From assembly GCA_902783785.1 (NCBI GenBank), contig CACZSH010000075.1, forward strand, positions 7,578-71,577: a stretch of 64,000 bases of DNA, in the 5' to 3' direction. This stretch comes from an uncultured bacterium. Its GTDB lineage: Bacteria > Cyanobacteriota > Vampirovibrionia > Gastranaerophilales > Gastranaerophilaceae. The notes under the pieces were generated by a model, which worked only from the letters and a program-made list of their open reading frames with translations, did no database searches and was not told the DNA's origin. Positions 9,312-18,382 of this stretch are shown here, one piece after another (positions within the stretch are counted from its first letter, which is position 1; every line of letters starts with the position of its first letter). Both the position numbers and the translations under genes were made by a program.

Positions 9312-10494
9312 AAAGCCGAAAGTTGCCATTATAGGTGCTGGTCCTGCAGGATGTATGTGTGGTATTACAATCTCAAAAGATTGTGATGTTAATTTTTTTG
9401 AGATGGCGAAACCTCTGAAAACTCTTTTGGCGACAGGTGGCGGAAGATGTAATCTTGCTCATGCCGAATATGATTTTAAAGAACTTGCCAAATATTATCC
9501 TAGAGGTGAAAAGTTTCTTTATTCCATTTTTTCAAGGTTCTCTACACAGGATACTTTAGATTTTTTTGAAAAAATCGGTATTAGAACTTACGCTCAGTCT
9601 GATGGTAGAATATTTCCTGTTTCTAATTCTGCATTAGAAATTAGAGAAAAAATGCTTGCTCAATTAAAGAATGCTCGATTTATTAAAGAAAAAGTTATTG
9701 ATGTAAAAAAAATCGATGAACATTTTTATATCACGACAGAAAATAATAAATATCTTTTTGATATTGTTGTTATTGCAACGGGAACACATCTAGGATTACA
9801 ATTTTTAAAGAAACTTCCGCATAAGGTACATGAATTGAAACCTTCTTTATGTGGTTTAGTTACAAAGAATGATTTTTCTACTCTAAAAGGAGTAGTTTTG
9901 AATGATATTATTATAAAATATAATAAAATAGTTCTTGAGGGTGATATGCTTTTTACTGATAATGGAGTATCAGGTCCCATTATTTTTAAACTCTCTTCAA
10001 TTAATTCTCGAGTAGGATATCCTTATGAAATTAAAATTAAGTTTATTCCAAATAAAATTGATTTGGAAAAATTGCTAAAACTCAATAATAACCGTACATT
10101 AAAAAATGCTTTGTCTAATGTTTTACCAAAATCTTTTGTTAAATACATTCTTAATTTTCTTAAAATAGATGAAACTTTAAAAATTAATTGTACAACAAAT
10201 AATACCAGAGAATTACTACTAAAGAGTTTAAATAGCTTTTCTGTAACTGTTATAAGTGCTAGAAAAGGCGGAGAAACAGTGTTCTCTGGGGGTATTAGTT
10301 TATCAGAAATAGGCTCAAACTTGGAATCAAAACTTGTTGAAAATTTATATTTTTGTGGTGAAATTCTAGATATAGACGGGTTTTGTGGCGGGTTTAATCT
10401 CCAAAATTGCTGGAGTACTGGGTATTTAGCCGGATGCAGTATCCTTGAAACCATGTATGGACATGGTTTTGCACGTTATAAAGATTTTTCTTGA
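9289..10494 (+). CDS. HI0933/BaiN-family NAD(P)/FAD-dependent flavoprotein
   Basis: VAIIGAGPAGCMCG dinucleotide fold, TGGGRCNLAH, and C-terminal LYFCGEILDIDGFCGGFNLQ. Overlaps the folK end by 23 nt. Confidence 0.8.
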   Translation: MGQGLTCKKPKVAIIGAGPAGCMCGITISKDCDVNFFEMAKPLKTLLATGGGRCNLAHAEYDFKELAKYYPRGEKFLYSIFSRFSTQDTLDFFEKIGIRTYAQSDGRIFPVSNSALEIREKMLAQLKNARFIKEKVIDVKKIDEHFYITTENNKYLFDIVVIATGTHLGLQFLKKLPHKVHELKPSLCGLVTKNDFSTLKGVVLNDIIIKYNKIVLEGDMLFTDNGVSGPIIFKLSSINSRVGYPYEIKIKFIPNKIDLEKLLKLNNNRTLKNALSNVLPKSFVKYILNFLKIDETLKINCTTNNTRELLLKSLNSFSVTVISARKGGETVFSGGISLSEIGSNLESKLVENLYFCGEILDIDGFCGGFNLQNCWSTGYLAGCSILETMYGHGFARYKDFS

Positions 10495-10582
10495 TATTAT
10501 TGAGTTTTGGCTATCTATTTAAAATAGAATATTAAGTATTGTAACATGTATTATTCTAAAGTGTTATAAAAATCTAATACTT

Positions 10583-10591
10583 TGGTATAAT
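10583..10591 (+). promoter_or_regulatory. extended -10 element (TGgTATAAT) upstream of the pilin gene, implying a ~120-nt leader
   Basis: TG 10583-10584 and TATAAT 10586-10591. No start codon at N6. Confidence 0.4.
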
Positions 10592-10720
10592 AATAATGTA
10601 AGCATTAAGGATGTATCACATACTTCTTTTAGATGACATTTGAAGAAAAGTGTTGATTTTAGAATTAGTTAGTGGTAGCATAAACGTATTAGTCGCAATT
10701 AGTAAAAAAGGATTAATTTT

Positions 10721-11368
10721 ATGAGTAGAAAATCGGGTTTCACGTTAGCAGAAGTTTTGATTACGTTAGCAATTATTGGTACTGTTGCCGCAATGACTAT
10801 TCCGACATTAATGACAAACACCAATAAAATGGAATTTAAAACAGGTTTTAAAAAGATTTTGTCTACGACAAATCAAGCTGTAACAATGAGTGTAGCTTTA
10901 AATTATATTGATTTTTCAGATACAGTTGCAACTGATACAAATCCTACACAATCTATTTTGGGGATTTTTATCAATAGAATGCACGTTACAAAGACAGCTT
11001 ATGGTACAACATCTGATACATCTGTTGAACGTATGTTTCACTCTGGTGCGAGTTCTAACTATACTGTTTTCTTTGCTGACGGTATGGTTTTATCATTTCC
11101 TGCTTCGTCTTCGAATTGTAGATTGCAGACAGGTGCAAGTTCAAGATCAACTCTTTGTAAAGGAATTGTTGACGTAAATGGTACTCGTGCTCCAAACTAT
11201 TTGTCAAACTGTTTGGGTACTCAAACTAAGAATGCCACTACAGATGGTGGTACTACTCAATGTAATCCTAACAATGCAGGTATTTTTGACCAATTCTCTA
11301 TTTTTATGGCAGATCAACAAATTCAACCAAATGGTCAAGCTGCAAAATATGTATTATTTGAAAACTAG
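10721..11368 (+). CDS. prepilin-type N-terminal cleavage/methylation domain protein (type IV pilin / pseudopilin)
   Basis: MSRKSG|FTLAEVLITLAIIGTVAAM, with G at -1 and E at +5. Two Cys pairs in the C-terminal half. A DVNGTRAPN motif is shared with the ORF at 27946. AAGGA SD upstream and a terminator downstream. Confidence 0.85.
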   Translation: MSRKSGFTLAEVLITLAIIGTVAAMTIPTLMTNTNKMEFKTGFKKILSTTNQAVTMSVALNYIDFSDTVATDTNPTQSILGIFINRMHVTKTAYGTTSDTSVERMFHSGASSNYTVFFADGMVLSFPASSSNCRLQTGASSRSTLCKGIVDVNGTRAPNYLSNCLGTQTKNATTDGGTTQCNPNNAGIFDQFSIFMADQQIQPNGQAAKYVLFEN

Positions 11369-11400
11369 TTAAGAATTATTTGATAAGGTGTGTTTTTAAA

Positions 11401-11427
11401 AAGAAGGTTATGATTTAGCCTTCTTTT
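11401..11427 (+). terminator. terminator after the pilin gene
   Basis: AAGAAGG-N11-CCTTCTT followed by TTTT. Confidence 0.65.
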
Positions 11428-11444
11428 GGTTTTGTTATTTGATT

Positions 11445-11753
11445 TTAAAGATCTATTGGACCAATTTTTTCAAAACTATTTATTTTATCTTTTGTCTTTT
11501 GTAAGTCTATTGCAAATTTTGTTGCTTTTTTAGAATCTTTGCAGTTTTTTAGTTGAACATTAAGAACCAGTATTTTTTCTTTTAATTTTCTAATATTTTG
11601 TTTGTATTTTTCCCATTCGAGAAAAAACCAGCCTTCATATCCGCAATTTTCCGGTGGTTTTTCGTAAAAGTTTTTTATAAAAGTACAATCTTCATTACAT
11701 TTCTTACAGTGATTGCAAAATCTTTCCGGTCTATTTTTGAAAATGCTTTCCAT
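11445..11753 (-). CDS. hypothetical small Cys-rich protein (CX2CX2CX3C motif plus coiled-coil-like tail)
   Basis: 102-aa ORF containing CNHCKKCNEDC. TATAAT-N6-ATG lies directly upstream. No family recognised. Confidence 0.5.
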   Translation of the reverse strand: MESIFKNRPERFCNHCKKCNEDCTFIKNFYEKPPENCGYEGWFFLEWEKYKQNIRKLKEKILVLNVQLKNCKDSKKATKFAIDLQKTKDKINSFEKIGPIDL

Positions 11754-11765
11754 AATTTTATTATA
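11751..11765 (-). promoter_or_regulatory. leaderless-type promoter of the Cys-rich ORF: TATAAT-N6-ATG
   Basis: Minus strand: TATAAT 11765-11760, AAAATT, ATG 11753. No SD. Confidence 0.5.
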
Positions 11766-11914
11766 TGCTTTAAATATTTATTTTTTATTTTTTGTAATAT
11801 TTATTAACAAATTGTTTTTATTGAGCAATTTTTTTATTGCTGAAAACTTTATATAAGTGTAGTGTTAGTTAAATAATTGCATGCATTTGCATGTAGGTTA
11901 AGGAAAAATTTATT

Positions 11915-12376
11915 ATGAATGTTTCGGCGGGAATTACGAAAATTTTAGCAAAAGGTGTCGGCGTTGCAGGTATTGGTGCAGCTTTGTATGATGCACATCA
12001 ATATGGTAAAATTCAGGCAAAAACCTGCAGTAAGAATCATCTTGCTAATTCTGCTTGTGATGCTTATATGGATTCAAAGACTTTAAGCAGTACTAGTACT
12101 ATTGATTCTAAATTGCAAAAGGCTCGACTTGATGCCGAAATGAAAGGTGGCTTGTTTGGTGGAATTCGTAGCGGATTTGCTCAAGCAAAAGGTTATGTTA
12201 AAGGTGCATTTACATCGTTAGCTGAAAATATTGTACCTTTAGCTTTATCTGCAGCAACTCTTGTTACAAAAGGAAAAGTTTCTAACATTTTAGGTGCAGC
12301 AACTGCTATTTATGGTGGTGTGAGAGCTGCAACTACTGCCTTTGGTATAGGCAAAACAAATTATTTGAATAAATAA
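11915..12376 (+). CDS. hypothetical Gly/Ala-rich protein (glycine-zipper-like segments)
   Basis: 153-aa ORF with GVGVAGIGAA, GGLFGGIRSG and GAATAIYGGVRAATTAFGIG. AAGGA SD upstream and a strong terminator downstream. Confidence 0.5.
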   Translation: MNVSAGITKILAKGVGVAGIGAALYDAHQYGKIQAKTCSKNHLANSACDAYMDSKTLSSTSTIDSKLQKARLDAEMKGGLFGGIRSGFAQAKGYVKGAFTSLAENIVPLALSAATLVTKGKVSNILGAATAIYGGVRAATTAFGIGKTNYLNK

Positions 12377-12419
12377 CTAAACTATTAACCAATAAAACTT
12401 AACTATCAAACTACAATTA

Positions 12420-12446
12420 GCGGTAAATTTGTTTTACCGCTTTTTA
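12420..12446 (+). terminator. terminator after the Gly/Ala-rich ORF
   Basis: GCGGTAAA-tttgt-TTTACCGC followed by T5. Confidence 0.8.
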
Positions 12447-12514
12447 TTTTACATTTTTGTAATCTTTTGTGTTTTGTATTTAATAATGATAAAATATTTT
12501 TGGAGGATATAGTT

Positions 12515-13621
12515 TTGGGAAATTTTAATATACGTACATTTTTAAAACAAGCTGTTAAGACTGGTGCATCAGATGTCCATTTGCATGTTGGAGAACGTCC
12601 TGTTTTGCGTAAGGATGGAAAAATGGTTAAAATCGACATGGATTTTCTTGATGACGAAGATTTAGAACGTTCAATTATGACGCTACTTCCTTCTCATGAT
12701 ATGAATGAAATAAAAAAAAGTATGGATTTAGATTTCTCGTATGAATTACCAGCTATTTCAAGATTTCGTGTTAATTTGAGTCGACAATTAGGTCATTTTG
12801 CATTAACTTTGCGTTTGATTTCATTTAATATTAGGCAGGTTACTGAATTAAATCTTCCATCAGTTATTCAAAATTTTGCAGATTTGAATAATGGTATTGT
12901 TCTTGTTACAGGACCTACAGGCTCCGGTAAATCAACAACTCTTGCATCTATTATTGAGCATATTAATGTTAAATATCCAAAACATATTATTACAGTTGAA
13001 GATCCGATTGAGTATATGTTTTCAAATAAACTGAGTATTATTTCTCAGCGTCAAGTTGAAATTGATACGGGTTCTTTTAATGATGGTATTAAATATGCTT
13101 TAAGACAAGATCCGGATGTTATTTTAATCGGTGAAATTCGTGATAGGGATACTGCTAATGCCGCGTTAAAAGCTGCTGAGACAGGGCACCTTGTTTTAGC
13201 TTCTTTGCATACAAATGATGCAACTCAAACTATTAATCGTATTATAAATATGTTTGACCCTCAAGATAGAGATTTGATAAGAGATCAGCTTGCAAACACA
13301 ATAAGAGGTATTGTTGCTCAGAAACTAGTAAAAGTTGCTCATGGTTCGGGAAGAAGACCAATTGTTGAAATTATGATTTCTACTCCTACTATTAAGGACT
13401 ATATTATTAAAAATAGATTGGATGAAATTTATGACATTATGAAATCCGGTAGTGAGGACATGCTTACTATGAATGCATCTTTGTTTAATTTAGTTAAGGA
13501 AGGAATAATTACTCAAGAATACGCTTTTGAAGCATCAGATAATAAAAATGAATTTAATCAAATGCTTAAAGGGGTATTTAGGGGTACTGAAACACAAGGA
13601 AATAATTATTATGGCCAATAA
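12515..13621 (+). CDS. pilT: type IV pilus retraction ATPase PilT
   Basis: GASDVHLHVGERPVLRKDG, Walker A GPTGSGKST, VEDPIEY, RQDPDVILIGEIRD, and HLVLASLHTND. Start set at TTG 12515, 7 nt after GGAGGA; the upstream part of the track ORF looks spurious. Confidence 0.9.
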   Translation: MGNFNIRTFLKQAVKTGASDVHLHVGERPVLRKDGKMVKIDMDFLDDEDLERSIMTLLPSHDMNEIKKSMDLDFSYELPAISRFRVNLSRQLGHFALTLRLISFNIRQVTELNLPSVIQNFADLNNGIVLVTGPTGSGKSTTLASIIEHINVKYPKHIITVEDPIEYMFSNKLSIISQRQVEIDTGSFNDGIKYALRQDPDVILIGEIRDRDTANAALKAAETGHLVLASLHTNDATQTINRIINMFDPQDRDLIRDQLANTIRGIVAQKLVKVAHGSGRRPIVEIMISTPTIKDYIIKNRLDEIYDIMKSGSEDMLTMNASLFNLVKEGIITQEYAFEASDNKNEFNQMLKGVFRGTETQGNNYYGQ

Positions 13622-14369
13622 TTTTGTCTGTGATGCTATAAATTTGAAATCTTATCCTCTTTCTGAATCAGACAAGATTGTTGTTATGTATTCAAAAGAA
13701 AAAGGTCTGATAAAGGGCGTGGCAAAAGGTGTTAAAAAGCCTAAAAGTAAGCTGGGAGCTAGAATGGATTCGCTTGTCGCAAATAGAATTATGCTTAATA
13801 AAGGTAAAAATCTTAGTACTATTTGTCAGGCAGAAGCTTTAAATACGTTTTCTAATAGCAGAAAAGATATGGATAAGTTATTTTATTCAATATATATTTC
13901 TGAGTTAGTTGCGGCTTTTGGTATTGAAGATGACCCGTCTTCGGCAGAGGTTTATGAATTATTTTATAAAGCATTGGATAGAATATCTGTTTCTAAATCT
14001 AAGAAGGATATTCTTATTGCTGTTATAAAATTTCAGCTTAAATTAATGTTGGTTGCAGGTTTTGGAATTGAACTGGATACTTGTTTATGTTGCAGAGAAC
14101 AAATTTTGAATGAAGATATGTATTTTTCTGTTCAAATGGGTGGTGTTATTTGTAAAGAGTGTAATGATACATTTAAAATTAGTAAAAAAATGCACTACAA
14201 AGTAAGAGATTTTTTACAAGCAATGGAACAATTTGATTTTAATTATGAAAGTGATTATGACAAAAAAGCTACAGAGAAAGTTTGTAAAGTTTGTTATGAT
14301 TTATTAAACAAATATATTCAGTCTCATACTTCTAAAAAAATTAAAAGTTTGGAAGTTATCGAAAATTAG
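13611..14369 (+). CDS. recO: DNA repair protein RecO
   Basis: The N-terminal OB-fold region (INLKSYPLSESDKIVVMYSKEKGLIKGVAKG) and the Cys4 zinc motif (CLCC...CKEC) fit RecO. ATG 13611 overlaps the pilT stop by 11 nt. Confidence 0.85.
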   Translation: MANNFVCDAINLKSYPLSESDKIVVMYSKEKGLIKGVAKGVKKPKSKLGARMDSLVANRIMLNKGKNLSTICQAEALNTFSNSRKDMDKLFYSIYISELVAAFGIEDDPSSAEVYELFYKALDRISVSKSKKDILIAVIKFQLKLMLVAGFGIELDTCLCCREQILNEDMYFSVQMGGVICKECNDTFKISKKMHYKVRDFLQAMEQFDFNYESDYDKKATEKVCKVCYDLLNKYIQSHTSKKIKSLEVIEN

Positions 14370-14423
14370 ATTTTAATATAAAAAATTTTTATTTTTTGTT
14401 TTCTTAATGTATGTTAATAAAAC

Positions 14424-14452
14424 TTGCTTCGATTTGTAAATTTTTGTATAAT
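14424..14452 (+). promoter_or_regulatory. sigma-70-type promoter upstream of the GGDEF/HD-GYP gene
   Basis: TTGCTT 14424-14429, 17-nt spacer, TATAAT 14447-14452, with TG immediately 5' of the hexamer. Confidence 0.4.
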
Positions 14453-14557
14453 TATTTTGTAAAAAGTACATAATCTTTTAACAAATTTTAATCCACATAG
14501 CAATTATTTTTATGTCATGGTTTTTATATTAATATAGTTAATTGTAAAGGCTTAATA

Positions 14558-16408
14558 TTGAATAGAACAGATATTATTAAAGAGGAAAAAGAAGTTTTAT
14601 ACGTGAAATCATTGGTTTCAAATCCAATTGCACGTAATGGTATTGCTCCTAGAACTCCTATGACAACTGCAAGAACATCTTCTAACAGATTGTATTGCGG
14701 TTATAATCAAACTTTTGATACTGTAAATACTAATAAAGTTTTAGATTACAGAGAAGTTATTCAATTTTTAAATGCAGCTTTAACTGGTAAATCAACAGTT
14801 GCTGATTTTTATGCGTCTTTACATAATTTTATGACTAAAAAAATTAATTGCTTCTTTACAGCAATTGGTTTGTTCCAACCTCAATCAAAATGTATCAATA
14901 TTAAATTGACTGATAAAGTTGGCGGAACATATTCTTCAAGAGTATTTTTATCAGATGATTCTAATCCAATTGTTGAATGCTTTAATTCACAAACAGCAAT
15001 TGTTAAACATGATTCTAAATTCTTAAAATTATCATATTTACAACAACCAAAAGTTGCTATATTGCCTTTAATTTCTGTTAATGAATGCTTAGGTGTTATG
15101 ATTATTGGTGATAATAATGTTAATGAAAATATTGATTTATATTCATTAATTTCTAATCACTATGCATTGTTTATGCATAATGCTGATTTATTAGAAAAAG
15201 CTTATGAACATGCAAATACAGATAGTTTAACTTCTTTACATAACCATAGAGGTTTCCAAGAAATCTTATCTCAAGAACTATCAAAAGCTGAAAAATCTGA
15301 AAAAGAAGTTTCTGTTATTATGATGGATGTTAATAATATTTCAAAAATTAACAGAGAATTAGGTCATGCTAAAGGTGACGAAATAATTAAATTGGTTGCT
15401 GAAAAAGTTAAACAAAATATTAGACCAAATGATACAGCAGGTCGTTACGGCGGAGATGAAATTGCTATTATCTTACCTGAAACAACTACTGCTGAAGCTA
15501 AATATATTGCAGAATACTTAACATACAGTTTATCTTGCTGCTTTGTTGATGATATCGGACCTGTTAAGGTTTCTGTTGGTATTGCTAATTATCCTCAATG
15601 TGCAAAAGATCAAGAAAAATTATTAATCTTAGCTGAACAAGCTATGTATATATCTCAATCAAAAGGTTATAAAGATGGTATGAGCGCTATTATCAGTTCT
15701 TCAGATTTCAATTTCTGGGATGATATGGCTTTAAAATCATTTGCTGATGTTGTAACAAAACGTCATGCTCAATTAGGAATTAACTTTGAAGAAGAATTAC
15801 TTCAAAAATTCAACAATGAAGATATAATTTCTCAAACACATTTAGAAGAAATGGCTACATCTTTGGCAGGTGCTATTGATGCTAAAGATCCTTATACAAA
15901 AGGTCATTCAACTTCTGTTTCAAAATATGCAGAGGCATTAGCAAGAGCTATTAACCTTCCTGAAAATGAAGTAAAAAGAATTTCTTTAGGTGCTTTATTA
16001 CACGATGTAGGTAAAATCGGTATTCCTGAAAGTATATTGAAAAAACCTACTCATTTATCAGATGAAGAATGGGAAGTAATGAAGCAACACCCTACAATTG
16101 GTGCAGAAAAAGTATTAATGCAAAATGAAGCATTAAAAGACTTGATTCCTATGGTTAAATATCACCACGAACACTATGATGGAACTGGTTATCCTTGCAA
16201 ATTAAAAGGTGAAGAAATTCCTCTATCAGCAAGAATTGTTGCAGTTGCAGATACATATCACGCATTAATAAGTGATAGACCTTACAGAAAAGGCTTAGGT
16301 GTAGAAAAAGCTTGTGAAATATTAAGAATGGGCGCAGGAATTCAATGGGATGCTGAATTAGTAAGAAAATTCATTCAAATAGCTCCTTCTATATCTACAA
16401 CAATCTAG
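14558..16408 (+). CDS. GAF-like sensor / GGDEF / HD-GYP hybrid c-di-GMP signalling protein
   Basis: GGDEF domain (TDSLTSLHNHRGF...RPNDTAGRYGGDEIAI) and HD-GYP domain (HSTSVSKYA...LHDVGKIGIP...HHEHYDGTGYP). TTG start with AAGG 7 nt upstream; the start position is uncertain. Confidence 0.85.
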   Translation: MNRTDIIKEEKEVLYVKSLVSNPIARNGIAPRTPMTTARTSSNRLYCGYNQTFDTVNTNKVLDYREVIQFLNAALTGKSTVADFYASLHNFMTKKINCFFTAIGLFQPQSKCINIKLTDKVGGTYSSRVFLSDDSNPIVECFNSQTAIVKHDSKFLKLSYLQQPKVAILPLISVNECLGVMIIGDNNVNENIDLYSLISNHYALFMHNADLLEKAYEHANTDSLTSLHNHRGFQEILSQELSKAEKSEKEVSVIMMDVNNISKINRELGHAKGDEIIKLVAEKVKQNIRPNDTAGRYGGDEIAIILPETTTAEAKYIAEYLTYSLSCCFVDDIGPVKVSVGIANYPQCAKDQEKLLILAEQAMYISQSKGYKDGMSAIISSSDFNFWDDMALKSFADVVTKRHAQLGINFEEELLQKFNNEDIISQTHLEEMATSLAGAIDAKDPYTKGHSTSVSKYAEALARAINLPENEVKRISLGALLHDVGKIGIPESILKKPTHLSDEEWEVMKQHPTIGAEKVLMQNEALKDLIPMVKYHHEHYDGTGYPCKLKGEEIPLSARIVAVADTYHALISDRPYRKGLGVEKACEILRMGAGIQWDAELVRKFIQIAPSISTTI

Positions 16409-16433
16409 ATTTATATATGAATGGTAATAATTT

Positions 16434-16462
16434 AAGAGGTTTCTAAAAGGAAACCTCTTTTA
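16434..16462 (+). terminator. terminator after the GGDEF/HD-GYP gene
   Basis: AAGAGGTTTC-taaaag-GAAACCTCTT followed by a T-rich tract. Confidence 0.8.
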
Positions 16463-16524
16463 GTATTTTGTAAATTATGTAACAAAATTGAAAAAATTTT
16501 TTTAATATTTTTACATCACTAGGA

Positions 16525-16552
16525 TTGAAACCCTCTAAATATATGTTATAAT
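16525..16552 (+). promoter_or_regulatory. near-consensus sigma-70-type promoter upstream of fliD
   Basis: TTGAAA 16525-16530, 16-nt spacer, TATAAT 16547-16552. About 43 nt to the ATG, with a GGAG SD. Confidence 0.5.
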
Positions 16553-16595
16553 ATTAATATACTTTTAATATAATTAATAAAACGGAGATTTATTA

Positions 16596-18332
16596 ATGAG
16601 CAATACGATTACTTTTTCAGGACTCGCTTCTGGTATGGATACCTCATCATGGGTGGAAGCTTTAGTTAATATTAAAAAGACTACTTTAAACAATCTTACT
16701 TCTAAACAGAATAAGTTGTCTACTCAACAATCTGCAGTTTCGTCTGTTCAGTCATCTTTTAATGCGTTGAGAACAAAGATAGAAAAAATTACTGATTCAA
16801 AATTTGGTGGTAGTTTTGATTTGTTTAGTAAAACAAAAACATCCTCAACTGATGAAAATTTTGTGACAGCAAGATCTACTTCTGGTGCTGCCAGTGGCTC
16901 TTATGAGCTTAGTGTAAAACAACTTGCTTCTGCGACTGTCGCAAAGAGTGCCAAAGGTGCATTAGCTTTAAAAGGTTCATCGTTAATGAGTTCGGTTAGT
17001 AGCGAAGTTGCTGCTTTAGCTGATGAAGAAACTGTTTCTTTTGATATATATACTAACGGTCTCAAAAATTCTATTACCGTAACAAAAGAAGATACTGTCG
17101 ATGATGTTTTATCTAAAATAAATAATATTGAAGGTCTTTCCGCAAATATTTCTGACGGAAAAATATCTTTAACTTCAGAAGAGGGTACTAATGTTGTTAT
17201 TGGTTCTTCAACAGATTCTTTAAATATCTCAAAAGCCTTTGCCTTAATTCAAAATGAAGAAGGAAACTATGAAAGTTATCATACTTTAAGTACAATTTCT
17301 TCTTCTTCAAAGATAACAGATGCTCTTGGTGCAGATGTTTTAGGAACTTTTAAAATCGGTAATGCAGAATTTACTATTGGTGAAGATACCACTTTTGATG
17401 AATTAATTGCCGAAATTAATGGTAATGAAGATGCAGGCGTTACAGCAAAGTTTGATAACGTAACCGGTGAAATATCTTTTAAAGCCTTAACAAATGGCTC
17501 TTTTAATATAAATATTGAAAAAGGCACAAGTGCGTTTACTGATTTGCTAGGCTTTACTTCTACCGATGGTGAAACGGGAGTTACTTCTTTGAATGCCCAA
17601 GAATTAGGTTCTTTTGCTATTTTCTCTATTAATGGGGAAACAAAAATGTCGTCATCTAATTCTGTTTCATCTGATGTTTCTGGTATCGATGGTGTAACTT
17701 TTAATTTAAATAAAGTTTCAGATGAAGAAAATCCTACAACTACTATTAAAATTAGTAAGGATACAGAGGCTTTAGTAACTGCTGTTAAAGAATTTGTAGA
17801 ACAATATAATTCAAATTTAGATTTGGTTGATAAGAAAATAGCAACTGATGGAGACTTATATGGAGATACAACTTTAAGTACTCTTAGAAGTGCTATTCGT
17901 TCGACTGCAACATCAAAGGATTCTGATGCAAGTGTTTATAATATGCTCGCTCAAATAGGCATTTCTACTGGTGCTGCGACTTCTGATATTTCAAAACTTT
18001 CTGATCATTTAGAATTCGATGAAAAGAAATTTATAGAGGCATTTGAAAATGATTCAGAAGCTGTTAAATCTTTATTAATTGGTGGTGCTGATAACAAAGG
18101 TATTTTATCAAAAATGGAAACTACTGTAGAACAAGCTTTAGATTCTAAAGGGTATTTTACATCTCGTAATAACTCGATAGATAAGCAAATTACAGACTTG
18201 AAAAAAAGCATTTCTAATGAAAACTTAAAGATTGATGCTTATCAAGCTAGACTGGAAAAACAGTTCCAAAATTTGGAAAGTATGATTTCAAGTTTTCAAT
18301 CTTCATATAGTTCTGTATCTTCAATGATTTAA
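16596..18332 (+). CDS. fliD: flagellar filament capping protein FliD (hook-associated protein 2)
   Basis: ITFSGLASGMDTSSWVEALVNIKKTTLNNL N-terminus and a C-terminal coiled coil (IDAYQARLEKQFQNLESMIS). GGAG SD upstream. Confidence 0.85.
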   Translation: MSNTITFSGLASGMDTSSWVEALVNIKKTTLNNLTSKQNKLSTQQSAVSSVQSSFNALRTKIEKITDSKFGGSFDLFSKTKTSSTDENFVTARSTSGAASGSYELSVKQLASATVAKSAKGALALKGSSLMSSVSSEVAALADEETVSFDIYTNGLKNSITVTKEDTVDDVLSKINNIEGLSANISDGKISLTSEEGTNVVIGSSTDSLNISKAFALIQNEEGNYESYHTLSTISSSSKITDALGADVLGTFKIGNAEFTIGEDTTFDELIAEINGNEDAGVTAKFDNVTGEISFKALTNGSFNINIEKGTSAFTDLLGFTSTDGETGVTSLNAQELGSFAIFSINGETKMSSSNSVSSDVSGIDGVTFNLNKVSDEENPTTTIKISKDTEALVTAVKEFVEQYNSNLDLVDKKIATDGDLYGDTTLSTLRSAIRSTATSKDSDASVYNMLAQIGISTGAATSDISKLSDHLEFDEKKFIEAFENDSEAVKSLLIGGADNKGILSKMETTVEQALDSKGYFTSRNNSIDKQITDLKKSISNENLKIDAYQARLEKQFQNLESMISSFQSSYSSVSSMI

Positions 18333-18356
18333 AAATATATGCTTATAGAATAAATA

Positions 18357-18382
18357 AAAGCAGAATATAGGTTCTGCTTTTA
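18357..18382. terminator. bidirectional terminator between fliD and aroB
   Basis: AAAGCAGAA-tatagg-TTCTGCTTT with flanking A and T runs. Overlaps the aroB stop codon. Confidence 0.7.

Noticed and set aside
10592-10720. A c-di-GMP or other riboswitch in the long pilin leader.
   Set aside because: I could not recognise any conserved riboswitch core or convincing stem architecture by eye. This needs a covariance-model scan.
16409-16595. A sigma-28 (TAAA-N15-GCCGATAA) promoter upstream of fliD.
   Set aside because: No such element is visible. A sigma-70-like TTGAAA-N16-TATAAT is present instead.
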